Shown here in pieces: positions 25,227 through 36,107 of a DNA stretch of 64,000 nucleotides. The notes under the pieces were generated by a model. That model did not search any database, had not been told where the DNA came from, and saw only the letters and a list, made by a program, of their open reading frames with translations. Made by a program: the position numbers and the translations under genes. Origin of the DNA: Oscillospiraceae bacterium (GTDB lineage: Bacteria; Bacillota; Clostridia; Oscillospirales; Acutalibacteraceae). Every line of letters begins with the position of its first letter. Position 1 is the first letter of the stretch. The DNA is taken from positions 488-64,487 of the forward strand of contig SVPV01000011.1 in the NCBI GenBank assembly GCA_015065725.1. The letters run 5' to 3'.

Positions 25227-25814
25227 TTATTCGGCTACACTCTGCTCTATAACTTCCCGCACAGCCTCTACACCCTCGCCCTTCAAGGCAGAAAAGGGTA
25301 TAATCTCTATTCCGTTGGCAAGATAATCCAGCTCTTCTGTTATTTTTTGTAGCCTTTCCGCGTATTCAGCTTTATTAAGCTTATCGCTTTTTGTAAGTAT
25401 TATGGTGTAGGGCATTCCCATTTGATTTAAAAAATCAAGCATAACGCGGTCAAACTCGGTAGCAGGGTGACGCATATCTATTAGCTGAAAGACCATTTTG
25501 ATATCCCTACCCGAATTAAAATAGCCCTCCATTAAATCGGACCAACGGTCTCTTTCGGCGAAAGGCACCTTTGCGTAGCCATAACCTGGTAGGTCTACAA
25601 GACGAAGACTGTCTAGCTTATAAAAATTAATTGTAACCGTTTTACCGGGCTTTGTACTGACGCGTGCAAGTGACTTTCTTGAAAGCACCTTATTTATAAG
25701 CGAGGATTTTCCGACATTAGACCTACCCGAAAAGCAAATTTCGGGTAAATCCGATTCGGTTAGCTGTTCAAATGTACCGAACGCTTTTTCAAAGGTAACA
25801 TTATTATAATTCAT
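25227..25814 (-). CDS. engB: Ribosome biogenesis GTP-binding protein YihA/EngB
   Basis: GRSNVGKSSLIN and DLPGYG motifs; immediately downstream of lon. Confidence 0.9.
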   Translation of the reverse strand: MNYNNVTFEKAFGTFEQLTESDLPEICFSGRSNVGKSSLINKVLSRKSLARVSTKPGKTVTINFYKLDSLRLVDLPGYGYAKVPFAERDRWSDLMEGYFNSGRDIKMVFQLIDMRHPATEFDRVMLDFLNQMGMPYTIILTKSDKLNKAEYAERLQKITEELDYLANGIEIIPFSALKGEGVEAVREVIEQSVAE

Positions 25815-25821
25815 AATCCAC

Positions 25822-28224
25822 CTACTGACTTATACTCTTTTGTGCTACTTCTGCCACCATTGGCAGACAAAAATCCTTATCACTATCCTCTACCGTATGA
25901 GGAACCAGAGCGATATCCAATATCTCTTCTACCCTTTCTACAGGCACAAAGCGAACCTTTTCCTTTACCTTTTTATCAACTTCTGCAAGGTCAGGCTCGT
26001 TAGCCTTTGGTATAAATACCATTTTAACGCCGCCTCTATACGCTGCCATGGATTTTTCCTTCAGTCCCCCTATAGCTAAAACTCTGCCCCTGATGGTAAC
26101 CTCACCCGTCATAGCAATATCGCGGCGAACCTGTCTGCCTGTTAAAGCCGACACCAAAGCTGTAGTAATTGTAACACCTGCCGAGGGACCGTCTTTTTTG
26201 ACTGCCGCTTCGGTTGCGTGTATATGGATATCCTTTAATTTATAGAAATCCTCATCAATGCCATATTTTTCGGCATTTGCCCTAACATAGCTTACCGCCG
26301 CTACGGCAGATTCTTTCATAACATCGCCAAGGCTACCCGTAAGCTCAATTTTGCCTGTACCCTTAAGGGCGGCAACCTCAAGCTGCATAATCTCACCGCC
26401 GACAGCCGTCCAAGCAAGGCCGTTTATAATTCCTACCTCGTCCTGTTCTAAAATCTGTTCGGGCTTATACTTTTTCTGTCCCATTAGATTTTCCATATCG
26501 CTAGCCTTTAGAGTAACCCTAGCACTTGTACCGTCGGCTATCTTTTTAGCCGCCTTTGCACAAAGCGAGGCTATGGCACGCTGAAGCTTTCTGACGCCTG
26601 CCTCACGGGTATAGAAATCTATAAGACTGTAAATTGCATCATCAGCAATACGGCAGGTTTTATATGACAGACCGTGACGGGCAAGCTCCCTTGCTACTAA
26701 ATGACGTTTTGCTATATTAAACTTTTCTTCTCTTGTATAGCTATCAAGCTCAATTACTTCCATACGGTCAAGCAACGGCTCGGGTATGGTATCGCGGTTA
26801 TTAGCGGTGGTTATAAACACCGCACGGCTTAAGTCGTATGGTATTTCAATGAAATTATCAACAAAGGTACAGTTTTGCTCGGGATCTAATACCTCAAGCA
26901 AAGCAGATGACGGGTCACCCTTATAGTCACTGCCGAGTTTGTCGATTTCATCAAGCAAAATAAGCGGATTAGAGCTACCCGCCTGCTTTACAGCGTTAAT
27001 AATTTTACCGGGCATTGCACCTATGTAGGTCTTACGGTGACCTCTGATTTCCGCCTCATCGTGAACACCGCCTAGTGACACGCGTGCAAACTTTCTGCCC
27101 ATACATTCGGCTATAGTCTTACCAATAGAGGTTTTACCTACACCTGGCGGACCTACAAGACATATAATCTGTCCTCTGATATCGGGTGCCAGAGTATAAA
27201 CAGATAAAAGCTCTAAAATACGTTCCTTTACCTTTTCCATACCGTAAAAGTCGCGGTTTAAAATCTTTTCGGCACGCTTTATATCAGTCTTTACATTAGT
27301 GCAATTATCCCACGCAAGCTCTAAGCAGGTATCGAGCCAGCCGCGTAAAACAGTACCCTCATGCGAGCCTGACGGCATTTTAGCAAGCTTTGAAACTTGA
27401 AGGTTAAGCTTTTGCCTTACCTCGTCAGAGCAATTAAGGGCGGCTATTCTATTATAATAGTCCTCAGCTTCGGTAGCAGAATCGTCACCGTAAAGCTCAT
27501 CACTTATAGCTCTGATTTGCTCCTTTAAATAATATTCACGTTGATTCTCATCAATGTGAAGTTTTGTTTTCTCGCCTATTTTATTATCAATTAAGGCAAT
27601 TTCACGCTCTTTTGCAAGCATTTCAAGTAAAACCTTAACACGATTTCTCACAGATAGCTGTTCAAGCACAAACTGCTTATCGTCATAAGGGGCCGGTATA
27701 CTAAAGGCGATAAAATCACAAAGAAAAGGTATATCGCCGTTTGTAGCAACCGTCATAACAACGTCGGGTGCTATATGACCTACGACAGATACGTATTTTT
27801 CAAACTCGTTTCTGATACGGCGTACAAGACTTTCCTTATAAACCTCGCGGTTATTAAGCGGTTTATCCTCTAGGGGTGTTACTTCACCCACAATAAAACT
27901 GCCGTCGGTATTAAGGTGTTTATGAGTAGCACGCTGTTTGCCCTCAACCAAGATTTTAACGTTGCCGTCAGGTCCCTTTAAAACCTGACGCACCCTTACA
28001 ATACAGCCTATATTATAAAGGTCCTCGGCTTTTGGGTCATCAACCGAAATGTCTTTTTGTGCTACTAAATATAGCATTTGATTAGAATCCATTGCGGCAG
28101 TAATTGCCTTAATGGATTTTTTTCTGCCTACATCAAAAGTAAGCATCATATCGGGAAACGCCACTAGTCCGCGAAGTGCTAAAACAGGATAGCGTTTTGT
28201 TTCTATAATTGTATCAACTGGCAT
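25822..28224 (-). CDS. lon: ATP-dependent Lon protease
   Basis: N-terminal LON domain, Walker A GPPGVGKTS, protease-site KKDGPSAGVT. 800 aa. Confidence 0.95.
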   Translation of the reverse strand: MPVDTIIETKRYPVLALRGLVAFPDMMLTFDVGRKKSIKAITAAMDSNQMLYLVAQKDISVDDPKAEDLYNIGCIVRVRQVLKGPDGNVKILVEGKQRATHKHLNTDGSFIVGEVTPLEDKPLNNREVYKESLVRRIRNEFEKYVSVVGHIAPDVVMTVATNGDIPFLCDFIAFSIPAPYDDKQFVLEQLSVRNRVKVLLEMLAKEREIALIDNKIGEKTKLHIDENQREYYLKEQIRAISDELYGDDSATEAEDYYNRIAALNCSDEVRQKLNLQVSKLAKMPSGSHEGTVLRGWLDTCLELAWDNCTNVKTDIKRAEKILNRDFYGMEKVKERILELLSVYTLAPDIRGQIICLVGPPGVGKTSIGKTIAECMGRKFARVSLGGVHDEAEIRGHRKTYIGAMPGKIINAVKQAGSSNPLILLDEIDKLGSDYKGDPSSALLEVLDPEQNCTFVDNFIEIPYDLSRAVFITTANNRDTIPEPLLDRMEVIELDSYTREEKFNIAKRHLVARELARHGLSYKTCRIADDAIYSLIDFYTREAGVRKLQRAIASLCAKAAKKIADGTSARVTLKASDMENLMGQKKYKPEQILEQDEVGIINGLAWTAVGGEIMQLEVAALKGTGKIELTGSLGDVMKESAVAAVSYVRANAEKYGIDEDFYKLKDIHIHATEAAVKKDGPSAGVTITTALVSALTGRQVRRDIAMTGEVTIRGRVLAIGGLKEKSMAAYRGGVKMVFIPKANEPDLAEVDKKVKEKVRFVPVERVEEILDIALVPHTVEDSDKDFCLPMVAEVAQKSISQ

Positions 28225-28236
28225 TAATAAATCTCC

Positions 28237-28803
28237 TTAGAAATCTTTACCCACAAGTGCCACAGCACAAAGTGCGTTGTCTTGGAAAACGAATATCACC
28301 TTGTTTTCACCAAAGGTGTGTTCGAAATAAGTAAAGCTTTCGGCAGACGGGAGGAAAAATATTACATCCTGTGTTCCCTTTTTCTCCTCTAACTCAAATT
28401 TTCCTAAAGCCTTTTTAATTTCTACCGAAAGGTCGCCTATTTTAAAACCGTAGGCATCATCAAGGCTTACTACTGCCGAAATTTTACCGTCGTCTTTAAA
28501 ATAGTAGTTAGCATTCTTATATGCTAATATGCTGTAGTTGTCCCTCTCCATAAAACCGTAAACCGAGTGCAAATGAGCATCGGGATTTTCTTGTGCGTGT
28601 TTTTTATTCTCTTCCTCGAAAGCCTCCTCCATCTCTTCAGCATCAGAGCCTAGATGATAGGTATGCTCGGGGATTTGTCCTATTTTTGCATAATATTCTA
28701 CGTCCACCGAATGTTCAGACTCGTTATTTTCCTTTTTCTCACCGCAGGCACAAAGCAGAAGTACCATACCGATGCTAAGAATGAGAGCTATTATTCGTTT
28801 CAT
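28237..28803 (-). CDS. Hypothetical lipoprotein
   Basis: MKRIIALILSIGMVLLLCAC signal/lipobox. No recognised domain. Confidence 0.5.
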   Translation of the reverse strand: MKRIIALILSIGMVLLLCACGEKKENNESEHSVDVEYYAKIGQIPEHTYHLGSDAEEMEEAFEEENKKHAQENPDAHLHSVYGFMERDNYSILAYKNANYYFKDDGKISAVVSLDDAYGFKIGDLSVEIKKALGKFELEEKKGTQDVIFFLPSAESFTYFEHTFGENKVIFVFQDNALCAVALVGKDF

Positions 28804-28824
28804 AATATCTTCCCCTTTAAAGAA

Positions 28825-30288
28825 TTATTTTGCGGTTTTTTCCTTTAATTTTCTGTCGCTTAAAAGGTCATTACGCAAATTCCAAAGACTTTCTGATAGG
28901 TCAACATAATAGGTGTGAGGTTTTTCAAAACGCTTTACCTCGTCCCACATAGCATCAACCTGCTCTTCTCTATAGCCAGAGATTTCCTGTACTGTAGGGC
29001 TGTTATAGACCTGTTTACCCTTTTCAAATATCTTAGCTTGAAGCTTTTTAGCCACAAAGTTTGTAACAACCTTACGCTTCCAAGTGTATGTGGGGTCAAA
29101 AATCTCATACGGCTCGCTACTGTCAATTTTCTCACCGCTCAATGTGATAACATCGGCAATAGCCTTACCTGTATCCTTATCATAAAGACGCCACGGAATT
29201 TTAACACCCGGCAATGTGATTTTCTCAATATTCTCACTAATTTTAATTTTAGGTATTACTGTACCTTGCTTCTCCACAGCAGAAAGCTTGTAAACACCGC
29301 CGAAAACCGCCTCGCTAGAAGCCGTTATAAGTCTTTCGCCAACACCATAGGTATCAACCTTTGCACCTTGGAAAATCATATCCCTTATAAGATATTCGTC
29401 CAAAGAGTTTGAAACACAAATTTTACAATCCTCGTAGCCTGCGTCATCAAGCATTTTACGTGCTTTTTTGGTAATATAGGTAATGTCACCGCTATCAATA
29501 CGAATACCTAACGGACGCTTGCCCATAGGTGCCAATACCTCATCAAAAACCTTAATTGCATTAGGAATACCCGATTTTAAAACATTATAGGTATCAACAA
29601 GCAAAAGGGTGCTATCAGGATATTTTTCAGCATAGGTTTTAAATGCCTCATACTCGCTATCAAACATCTGCACCCAGCTGTGTGCCATTGTACCCGAAGC
29701 CTTTACGCCGAAATCTTTAGCAGTTTTAAGGCAGGAAGTACCTGTACAGCCGCCGATAATAGCCGCTCTAGCCCCATAGTATGCGGCATCGTAGCCGTGG
29801 GCACGTCTGGCACCGAATTCCATTACAGGTCTGCCCCCTGCCGCACGTACTATACGGTTTGCCTTGGTTGCTATAAGTGACTGATGGTTTATTGTAAGCA
29901 GTATCATTGTTTCAAGCAAAAGTGCCTGCATTGCAGGTCCTCTTACCGTAACAATAGGCTCTTGCGGGAATATTACCGTACCCTCAGGCACTGCCCATAC
30001 ATCACACTTGAACTCAAAGGTCCTTAAATATTCAATAAACTCGGGTGAAAAAAGATTTAATCCCTTTAAATACTCAATGTCGTCATCATCAAAATAAAGA
30101 TTATTCATATAATCGATAAGCTGCTCAAGACCTGCCATAATGGCATATCCGCCTTTATCGGGAATACGGCGGAAAAACATATCAAAATAGGTAATTGTAT
30201 CCCTGTATTCACTGTCAAACAAGCCGTTTGCCATAGTAAGCTCATACATATCGGTAAGTAAAGTTAAATTACGTTCGTTCCTTTCCAT
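28825..30288 (-). CDS. pncB: Nicotinate phosphoribosyltransferase
   Basis: LLTDMYELTMANGLF N-terminus and the length (487 aa) are typical of the NAPRTase family. Confidence 0.88.
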   Translation of the reverse strand: MERNERNLTLLTDMYELTMANGLFDSEYRDTITYFDMFFRRIPDKGGYAIMAGLEQLIDYMNNLYFDDDDIEYLKGLNLFSPEFIEYLRTFEFKCDVWAVPEGTVIFPQEPIVTVRGPAMQALLLETMILLTINHQSLIATKANRIVRAAGGRPVMEFGARRAHGYDAAYYGARAAIIGGCTGTSCLKTAKDFGVKASGTMAHSWVQMFDSEYEAFKTYAEKYPDSTLLLVDTYNVLKSGIPNAIKVFDEVLAPMGKRPLGIRIDSGDITYITKKARKMLDDAGYEDCKICVSNSLDEYLIRDMIFQGAKVDTYGVGERLITASSEAVFGGVYKLSAVEKQGTVIPKIKISENIEKITLPGVKIPWRLYDKDTGKAIADVITLSGEKIDSSEPYEIFDPTYTWKRKVVTNFVAKKLQAKIFEKGKQVYNSPTVQEISGYREEQVDAMWDEVKRFEKPHTYYVDLSESLWNLRNDLLSDRKLKEKTAK

Positions 30289-30302
30289 ATTTACACCTCT
30301 TA

Positions 30303-31991
30303 TTACATTTTTTCGGGAGCCGTTATCTTCATCATATCAAGTACATTTTTAATTACCGTAGCAGTTGCGGCACAAAGAGCAAGACGTGCCTGCATTAATT
30401 CCTCGCTTTCGCCCTTTACCCTGCAAGCAGAATAGAATTTGTGGAACTTTGTTGCAAGCTCTGATACATAGTGGGTAATGTGTGCGGGGTCGTAAAGCTT
30501 TGCAGAGGTCACAATTTCATCGGTAAGAGCAGCCAAATGAACTATTAGCTCTCTTTCTTCTTTTGCGGTAAGAAGTGAAAGCTCGTCGGCAGTACACGCT
30601 CTGCGGCAAATTCCCTCTGCCTCTAGATTACGGATTATACTGCAAATACGGGCATAAGCATACTGTACATAATAAACGGGGTTGCTGTTAGACTCATTAA
30701 CAGCCAAATCCAAATCAAAATCAAAGTGGCTGTTAGGCTCACGCAAATTAAAGAAGAAGCGTGCAGCATCTATCGGAATTTCCTCAAGCAAGGTAACAAG
30801 GGTAATAGCTTTACCAGAACGCTTTGATGCCTTTATAACCTCGCCGTCCTTTACAAGACGTACCATCTGCATAAGCACAACGTCAAGACGGTCTGCATCA
30901 ACACCCAAAGCGGTGAGTGCCGCTTTAAGACGCGGTACATAGCCGTGATGGTCTGCACCTAAAATATCTATTGCTTTATCAAACCCTCTTGTAACAAGCT
31001 TGTTATAGTGGTATGCAATATCGGGTACTACATAGGTAGGTACACCGTTTGCACGTACAAGCACAAAGTCCTTATCACAACCGAAATCGGTAGCCTTAAA
31101 CCAAAGAGCGTCCTCCTCGGTGTAGGTGTGACCGCTTTGCTTTAACAGTTCAATTATTCTTAGAGCCTCACCGTTTTGGTGTAATGTGCTTTCACGAAAC
31201 CAAGTGTTATACTCAATTCGGTATTTAAGTAAATCGTCTTTAAGGCCTTGTATGTTTTTAGGTAATGCGAACTCTACCAAAGCTTTTCTGCGGGTTTCTT
31301 CGTCTACACACATAAACCTGTCGCCGTTTATTTCGGCAAAGGCTTTTGCGTGGTTTATTATGTCCTCACCGTGATAAGAATCCTCAGGCATCTCAATACC
31401 GTCGGCATAAAGCTGTTGGTAACGAAGTGACAGCGATAAACCAAACTTGTTTATCTGATTTCCTGCATCGTTTATATAAAACTCACGCTCGGTATAGTAA
31501 CCCGCACTGCTCATAACAGCCGCCAAGCAGTCACCCAAAGCACCGCCTCTTGCATTGCCTATATGCATAGGACCTGTAGGATTAGCAGATACAAACTCAA
31601 CCAAAACCTTTTTGCCCTTGCCGTAGTCACTTTTACCGTAATCGGCACCTTTAGCCTCAACATCAAGCAGTATATCTGCATAATAGCTATCTGCTAAAAA
31701 GAAGTTTATAAATCCAGGACCTGCTATTTCGGAGGATTTAACATAACTACCCTCAAAATCTGCGTTGCTTAGTAAAATTTCAGCAATTTGACGGGGTGCT
31801 TTACGGAAAAGCTTTGCCCACGCCATTGCTGCGTTTACGGCATAGTCGCCATGCTCACGGTTTGCCGGCTCCTCAATAGTAAAATCGGTAAGCTCGGCAT
31901 CAGTAAGCTCGCCAGAAGCCATAGCCTTTATTGCCGCATTTTTTATTATTTCTTTGATTTGTTCCTTTGTTTTTGCTACTAGAATAGACAT
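30303..31991 (-). CDS. argS: Arginine--tRNA ligase
   Basis: SANPTGPMHIGNARGG (HIGH-type motif) and a DALR anticodon-binding C-terminus. 562 aa. Confidence 0.93.
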   Translation of the reverse strand: MSILVAKTKEQIKEIIKNAAIKAMASGELTDAELTDFTIEEPANREHGDYAVNAAMAWAKLFRKAPRQIAEILLSNADFEGSYVKSSEIAGPGFINFFLADSYYADILLDVEAKGADYGKSDYGKGKKVLVEFVSANPTGPMHIGNARGGALGDCLAAVMSSAGYYTEREFYINDAGNQINKFGLSLSLRYQQLYADGIEMPEDSYHGEDIINHAKAFAEINGDRFMCVDEETRRKALVEFALPKNIQGLKDDLLKYRIEYNTWFRESTLHQNGEALRIIELLKQSGHTYTEEDALWFKATDFGCDKDFVLVRANGVPTYVVPDIAYHYNKLVTRGFDKAIDILGADHHGYVPRLKAALTALGVDADRLDVVLMQMVRLVKDGEVIKASKRSGKAITLVTLLEEIPIDAARFFFNLREPNSHFDFDLDLAVNESNSNPVYYVQYAYARICSIIRNLEAEGICRRACTADELSLLTAKEERELIVHLAALTDEIVTSAKLYDPAHITHYVSELATKFHKFYSACRVKGESEELMQARLALCAATATVIKNVLDMMKITAPEKM

Positions 31992-32417
31992 TTACTGTAC
32001 CCCTTTTATATCGATTTCAACTGTATTTCTGCTGATTAACTTCAGATTTGAATCTATTGTATAACTCATATTAAGGCGTCCGCCTAAAGCACTCAAATTA
32101 TGCTCAACATGCTCACCGAAAATGCCAATATACAGGTCACCGTGAGGAGTGCTGTAGAAACAACTGTTACGAACACCCTGCTGTACCACAAGACGACTTT
32201 GGTACGATCCTGAACGCTTTAGAATAACAGTATTATCTTCCTTTACCATAAGGCTCGTTTTTACACCCTTAACACCCATCATTTCACTTTCGTCATAGGT
32301 TATAAGAAACTGTCCGTCCTTAAATCTTAACTTGCCTACAGTGGTAAGCTCAACCGAATCGGTATCCCCGTCCAAGCCTTGCGTACCTGTAATTTTAATC
32401 AGTACTTCCTTCATCAT
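31992..32417 (-). CDS. DUF1934 (YwiB-like) beta-barrel protein
   Basis: The sequence pattern and the conserved position immediately upstream of argS are as in other Firmicutes. Confidence 0.7.
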   Translation of the reverse strand: MMKEVLIKITGTQGLDGDTDSVELTTVGKLRFKDGQFLITYDESEMMGVKGVKTSLMVKEDNTVILKRSGSYQSRLVVQQGVRNSCFYSTPHGDLYIGIFGEHVEHNLSALGGRLNMSYTIDSNLKLISRNTVEIDIKGVQ

Positions 32418-33228
32418 AAGTTCCTATACTCACCTGTTTTACTTTGTTTTCGTCTATTTCCTCACCTAAAAGAATTGAGGCTATATTTCTAAATGAATCC
32501 GTCTTATCGCTCACAAAAAAGCTTGTTTTTCCGCCGTTTTGAGAGTTTAGCATATTGTTATTCTCTAAATATTCCTTAACATACTCACTTACCGACACAC
32601 CCATATTTATAAGCGTTACGCCGTCGCCTGCTATTTTAGCAATAGCCTCACTTAAAACGGGATAGTGCGTACAGCCTAAAATAAGCGTATCTATACCCTT
32701 ATCTAAAAGCGGTTTTAAATAACGCTCAACAGTATTTAATACCACCACATCTTCGGCAGAGTACCAACCCTCTTCAACCAAAGGCACGAATAAAGGTGCA
32801 CTGTTTTCGTAAACCTCTCCGTCGGGTAAAAGCTCTAAAATCTGTTTTTTGTGGGCACCGCTTGCTATTGTAGCCGCCGTACCTAATATGCCGATTTTTC
32901 CGGACCTTGTAGCCTCAACCGCTGATTTTACCGAATGTGACACCACCTCAACAAAGGGTATCGGCAAAGTATCGGCCGTATCCGCCGCCACAGATGACAC
33001 AGTACCGCAAGCGGCAACTATAAGCTTTACATCGTGAGAAAGCAGAAAATTCTCGTCCTCTATAGCATATTTGCGAATGGTATCACGGCTTCTTGTACCG
33101 TATGGCACACGTCCGGTATCACCAAAATAAACTATATTTTCATTTGGCAGTTGTTTTACGATTTCCTTTACAACCGTAAGACCGCCAAGTCCTGAATCAA
33201 AAACACCTATAGCTCTGCTATCGGACAT
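32395..33228 (-). CDS. murI: Glutamate racemase
   Basis: GVFDSGLGGLTV, VAACGTVSS and LGCTHYP motifs. ATG 33228 follows a GGAGGGA RBS; the track start is 33288. Confidence 0.92.
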   Translation of the reverse strand: MSDSRAIGVFDSGLGGLTVVKEIVKQLPNENIVYFGDTGRVPYGTRSRDTIRKYAIEDENFLLSHDVKLIVAACGTVSSVAADTADTLPIPFVEVVSHSVKSAVEATRSGKIGILGTAATIASGAHKKQILELLPDGEVYENSAPLFVPLVEEGWYSAEDVVVLNTVERYLKPLLDKGIDTLILGCTHYPVLSEAIAKIAGDGVTLINMGVSVSEYVKEYLENNNMLNSQNGGKTSFFVSDKTDSFRNIASILLGEEIDENKVKQVSIGTYDEGSTD

Positions 33229-33351
33229 AAAATCCCTCCAAGACACAGAATTACATTTTATAATACCACATTTTGCCCGTTTCTGCAACCATTAAAAGCT
33301 TATTAAATTATAAATATTTTATCCAAATACTCAAAATTTTTACTTTTTCTC

Positions 33352-33380
33352 TTGCCATTATGGAGAAATAATTATATAAT
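33352..33380 (+). promoter_or_regulatory. Sigma-A promoter upstream of ychF
   Basis: TTGCCA (33352-33357), 17-nt spacer, TATAAT (33375-33380). Confidence 0.6.
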
Positions 33381-33416
33381 TAAAATGATATATTATTTTT
33401 CAAAGGATGAAGATTT

Positions 33417-34517
33417 ATGAAACTCGGTATGGTTGGACTTCCAAACGTTGGAAAATCCACACTTTTTAACGCTATTACAAATGCAGGTGCACAGTCGGCT
33501 AACTACCCTTTCTGCACTATTGAGCCGAATGTTGGTATGGTAAGCGTACCGGATGAGCGTCTTGAGGCACTAGCCCGCGTTTACGAACCTGACAAATTTA
33601 CCCCTGCGGTAATTGAATTTGTTGATATTGCAGGTCTTGTTAAGGGTGCCTCTAAGGGTGAAGGCCTTGGCAACAAGTTCCTTGCTAACATACGCGAGGT
33701 TGACGCCATAGTTCATGTTGTACGTTGCTTTGAAAGCGATGATATTATACACGTTGAGGGTTCGGTTGACCCTGCACGCGATATTGAAACTATTAATATT
33801 GAGCTTATTTTATCGGATATAGAAATAGCAGGACGCCGTCTTGACCGTGCAAAAAAAGCACTAAAGGGTGATAAGTCACTTCAAGGCGAAGTAGATTTTC
33901 TACAGAGATTACTTGAGCATCTTGAAAAAGGACTTCCTGCACGCTCGGTTATGATTGACGACGAAAAGCAGATAGAAATTCTTGAAACCACCGCTCTTCT
34001 TTCCTACAAGCCGGTAATTTACGCTTGTAATATGAGCGAGGACGATTTTACGGGCGGTATTGATGAAAACAACCATTACGCTACCGTTAAGGCTATTGCC
34101 GAGCGTGAAAATGCCGAAATTTTACCGATTTGTGCAGCTTTAGAAGCTGAAATCGCAGGTCTTGATGATGACGAAAAGCAGTTATTCCTAGAGGAACTGG
34201 GGCTTTCGCGTTCAGGTCTTGACCGTATGATACAAAAATGCTACAGTCTTTTAGGTTTAATTTCATACCTAACCACAGGCAAGCCTGAGGTTAGAGCTTG
34301 GACCATTAAAAACGGCACAAAGGCACCTGGGGCTGCAGGCAAAATCCATACCGATTTTGAACGCGGCTTTATTCGTGCTGAGGTTATATCCTTTGACGAT
34401 TTTGTAGCGTGTGGCTCTAATATGGTAACTGCTAAAGAAAAAGGCCTTGTAAGAAGCGAAGGCAAAGAGTATGTTATGCAGGACGGCGATATAGTTTTAT
34501 TCCGTTTCAATGTTTAA
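33417..34517 (+). CDS. ychF: Redox-regulated ATPase YchF
   Basis: [14 protein letters not shown]-loop and an Obg-like/TGS C-terminus. 366 aa. Confidence 0.93.
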   Translation: MKLGMVGLPNVGKSTLFNAITNAGAQSANYPFCTIEPNVGMVSVPDERLEALARVYEPDKFTPAVIEFVDIAGLVKGASKGEGLGNKFLANIREVDAIVHVVRCFESDDIIHVEGSVDPARDIETINIELILSDIEIAGRRLDRAKKALKGDKSLQGEVDFLQRLLEHLEKGLPARSVMIDDEKQIEILETTALLSYKPVIYACNMSEDDFTGGIDENNHYATVKAIAERENAEILPICAALEAEIAGLDDDEKQLFLEELGLSRSGLDRMIQKCYSLLGLISYLTTGKPEVRAWTIKNGTKAPGAAGKIHTDFERGFIRAEVISFDDFVACGSNMVTAKEKGLVRSEGKEYVMQDGDIVLFRFNV

Positions 34518-34556
34518 TTAAAACTATTCCGAGAATAATATTTCTCGGGTGGTTTA

Positions 34557-34943
34557 ATGAAAAAAGCAAAAACAAATCTTATAATTTTTTCTATAGGTGC
34601 ATTCGGCTACGGCTTACTTGAAATTATATGGCGTGGCTATACACATTGGTCTATGCTTTGTGCGGGCGGAATTTCCTTTTGCGGTCTGTCTGTTATAGCC
34701 GAAAAATTTAAAAACATCGGGAAATTTTGGAAGTCGGTTTTAGGCGGTGCAGTTATAACATCAGTAGAGTTTGTTTTTGGTGTTATATTTAATATTCTAC
34801 TTCGCAAAAACGTGTGGGATTACAGTAAGATGCCCCTTAATATATGCGGTCAAATCTGTGCTGTTTACTCACTTTTTTGGGTTATTATAAGCTTTATTAC
34901 CCTACCGATAGTTTCGGTGGTAAATAATAAATTTAAAAATTAA
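34557..34943 (+). CDS. Small polytopic membrane protein (putative ABC-transporter type IV / DUF1113-like)
   Basis: Four hydrophobic segments. The GLLEIIWRG...NVWDYS pattern is recalled from PF06541. Confidence 0.45.
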   Translation: MKKAKTNLIIFSIGAFGYGLLEIIWRGYTHWSMLCAGGISFCGLSVIAEKFKNIGKFWKSVLGGAVITSVEFVFGVIFNILLRKNVWDYSKMPLNICGQICAVYSLFWVIISFITLPIVSVVNNKFKN

Positions 34944-34957
34944 ATCAGGTGTTTTAA

Positions 34958-36085
34958 ATGAATTTTTTGCATAAAACTTGGGCGGAAATCGACCTTTCTG
35001 CCCTAAAACACAATTTAATTGAGATAAAAAAAGCTATAGGCTCTACACCGCTTATGGCAGTAGTTAAGGCAAATGCTTACGGACATTCGGTAAAGACCTT
35101 AGCCCCTTTTTTAGAGCAAAACGGTGCTGATGCCTTTGCTGTATCAAATCTTTTAGAGGCGATAGAATTACGCGAATGCGGTATAAAGAAACCTATTTTA
35201 ATTTTAGGTTACACACCTACTGATGCTGTAGGTCTACTCTATAAAAACGATATCATTCAAGCAGTATATTCACCCGACTATGCCGCCGCACTAAACAAAG
35301 CGGCAGAAAAGGAAAATATTAAAATTAAAATACATATAAAGCTTGATACAGGTATGGGTAGAATCGGCTTTAATTGCCGTAACGATAAGCTTTTAGAGCT
35401 TTCTGATGCTATTACCGCCGCATCACTGCCTAACTTTTTAACCTGCGGAATTTTCACCCACTTTGCAGAATCTGACCGTACAAAGAAAAACGATGACGAC
35501 TTTACCGAAGCACAGCATACACGCTTTAAAACTGCTGCTAAAGCCTTTAAAGACGCAGGCTTTAAGGATATTTCTTGTCACTGCAGTAACTCTGCAGCAA
35601 TTTGTCTTGATAGCGATAAGCGTTACGATTTTTGTAGGGCAGGTATAATTCTTTACGGTCTTACGCCAAACCCCGAACTAAAGCTTAATATAAATCTTTC
35701 CCCCGTAATGTCCTTTAAAACGGTGGTTACAATGGTTAAAAAGATTGATGTGGGCGATACTGTCAGCTACGGCAGAACATTTACAGCAGAAAATCCTATG
35801 CTTACCGCCACTTTAGCGGCAGGCTATGCAGACGGATATCCACGTCTTTTATCAAATAAAGGCTATGTGCTTATAAAGGGACAAAAGGCAGCTATTATCG
35901 GCAGAGTTTGTATGGACCAATTCACTGTAGATATCAGTAATATTGAGGGTGTAGAAATCGGTGACGAGGCTTTGCTTTTCGGCAAAGATTTACCCGTAGA
36001 GGAAATAGCCGAGTTATCTGGCACCATAAACTACGAAATAATAACAAATATCGCACCACGCGTGCCTAGAGTTATTGTAGAATAA
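34958..36085 (+). CDS. alr: Alanine racemase
   Basis: PLP-Lys motif [10 protein letters not shown]; 375 aa; C-terminal beta domain. Confidence 0.92.
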   Translation: MNFLHKTWAEIDLSALKHNLIEIKKAIGSTPLMAVVKANAYGHSVKTLAPFLEQNGADAFAVSNLLEAIELRECGIKKPILILGYTPTDAVGLLYKNDIIQAVYSPDYAAALNKAAEKENIKIKIHIKLDTGMGRIGFNCRNDKLLELSDAITAASLPNFLTCGIFTHFAESDRTKKNDDDFTEAQHTRFKTAAKAFKDAGFKDISCHCSNSAAICLDSDKRYDFCRAGIILYGLTPNPELKLNINLSPVMSFKTVVTMVKKIDVGDTVSYGRTFTAENPMLTATLAAGYADGYPRLLSNKGYVLIKGQKAAIIGRVCMDQFTVDISNIEGVEIGDEALLFGKDLPVEEIAELSGTINYEIITNIAPRVPRVIVE

Positions 36086-36107
36086 TCATTTAAAACGAGG
36101 TGTTATC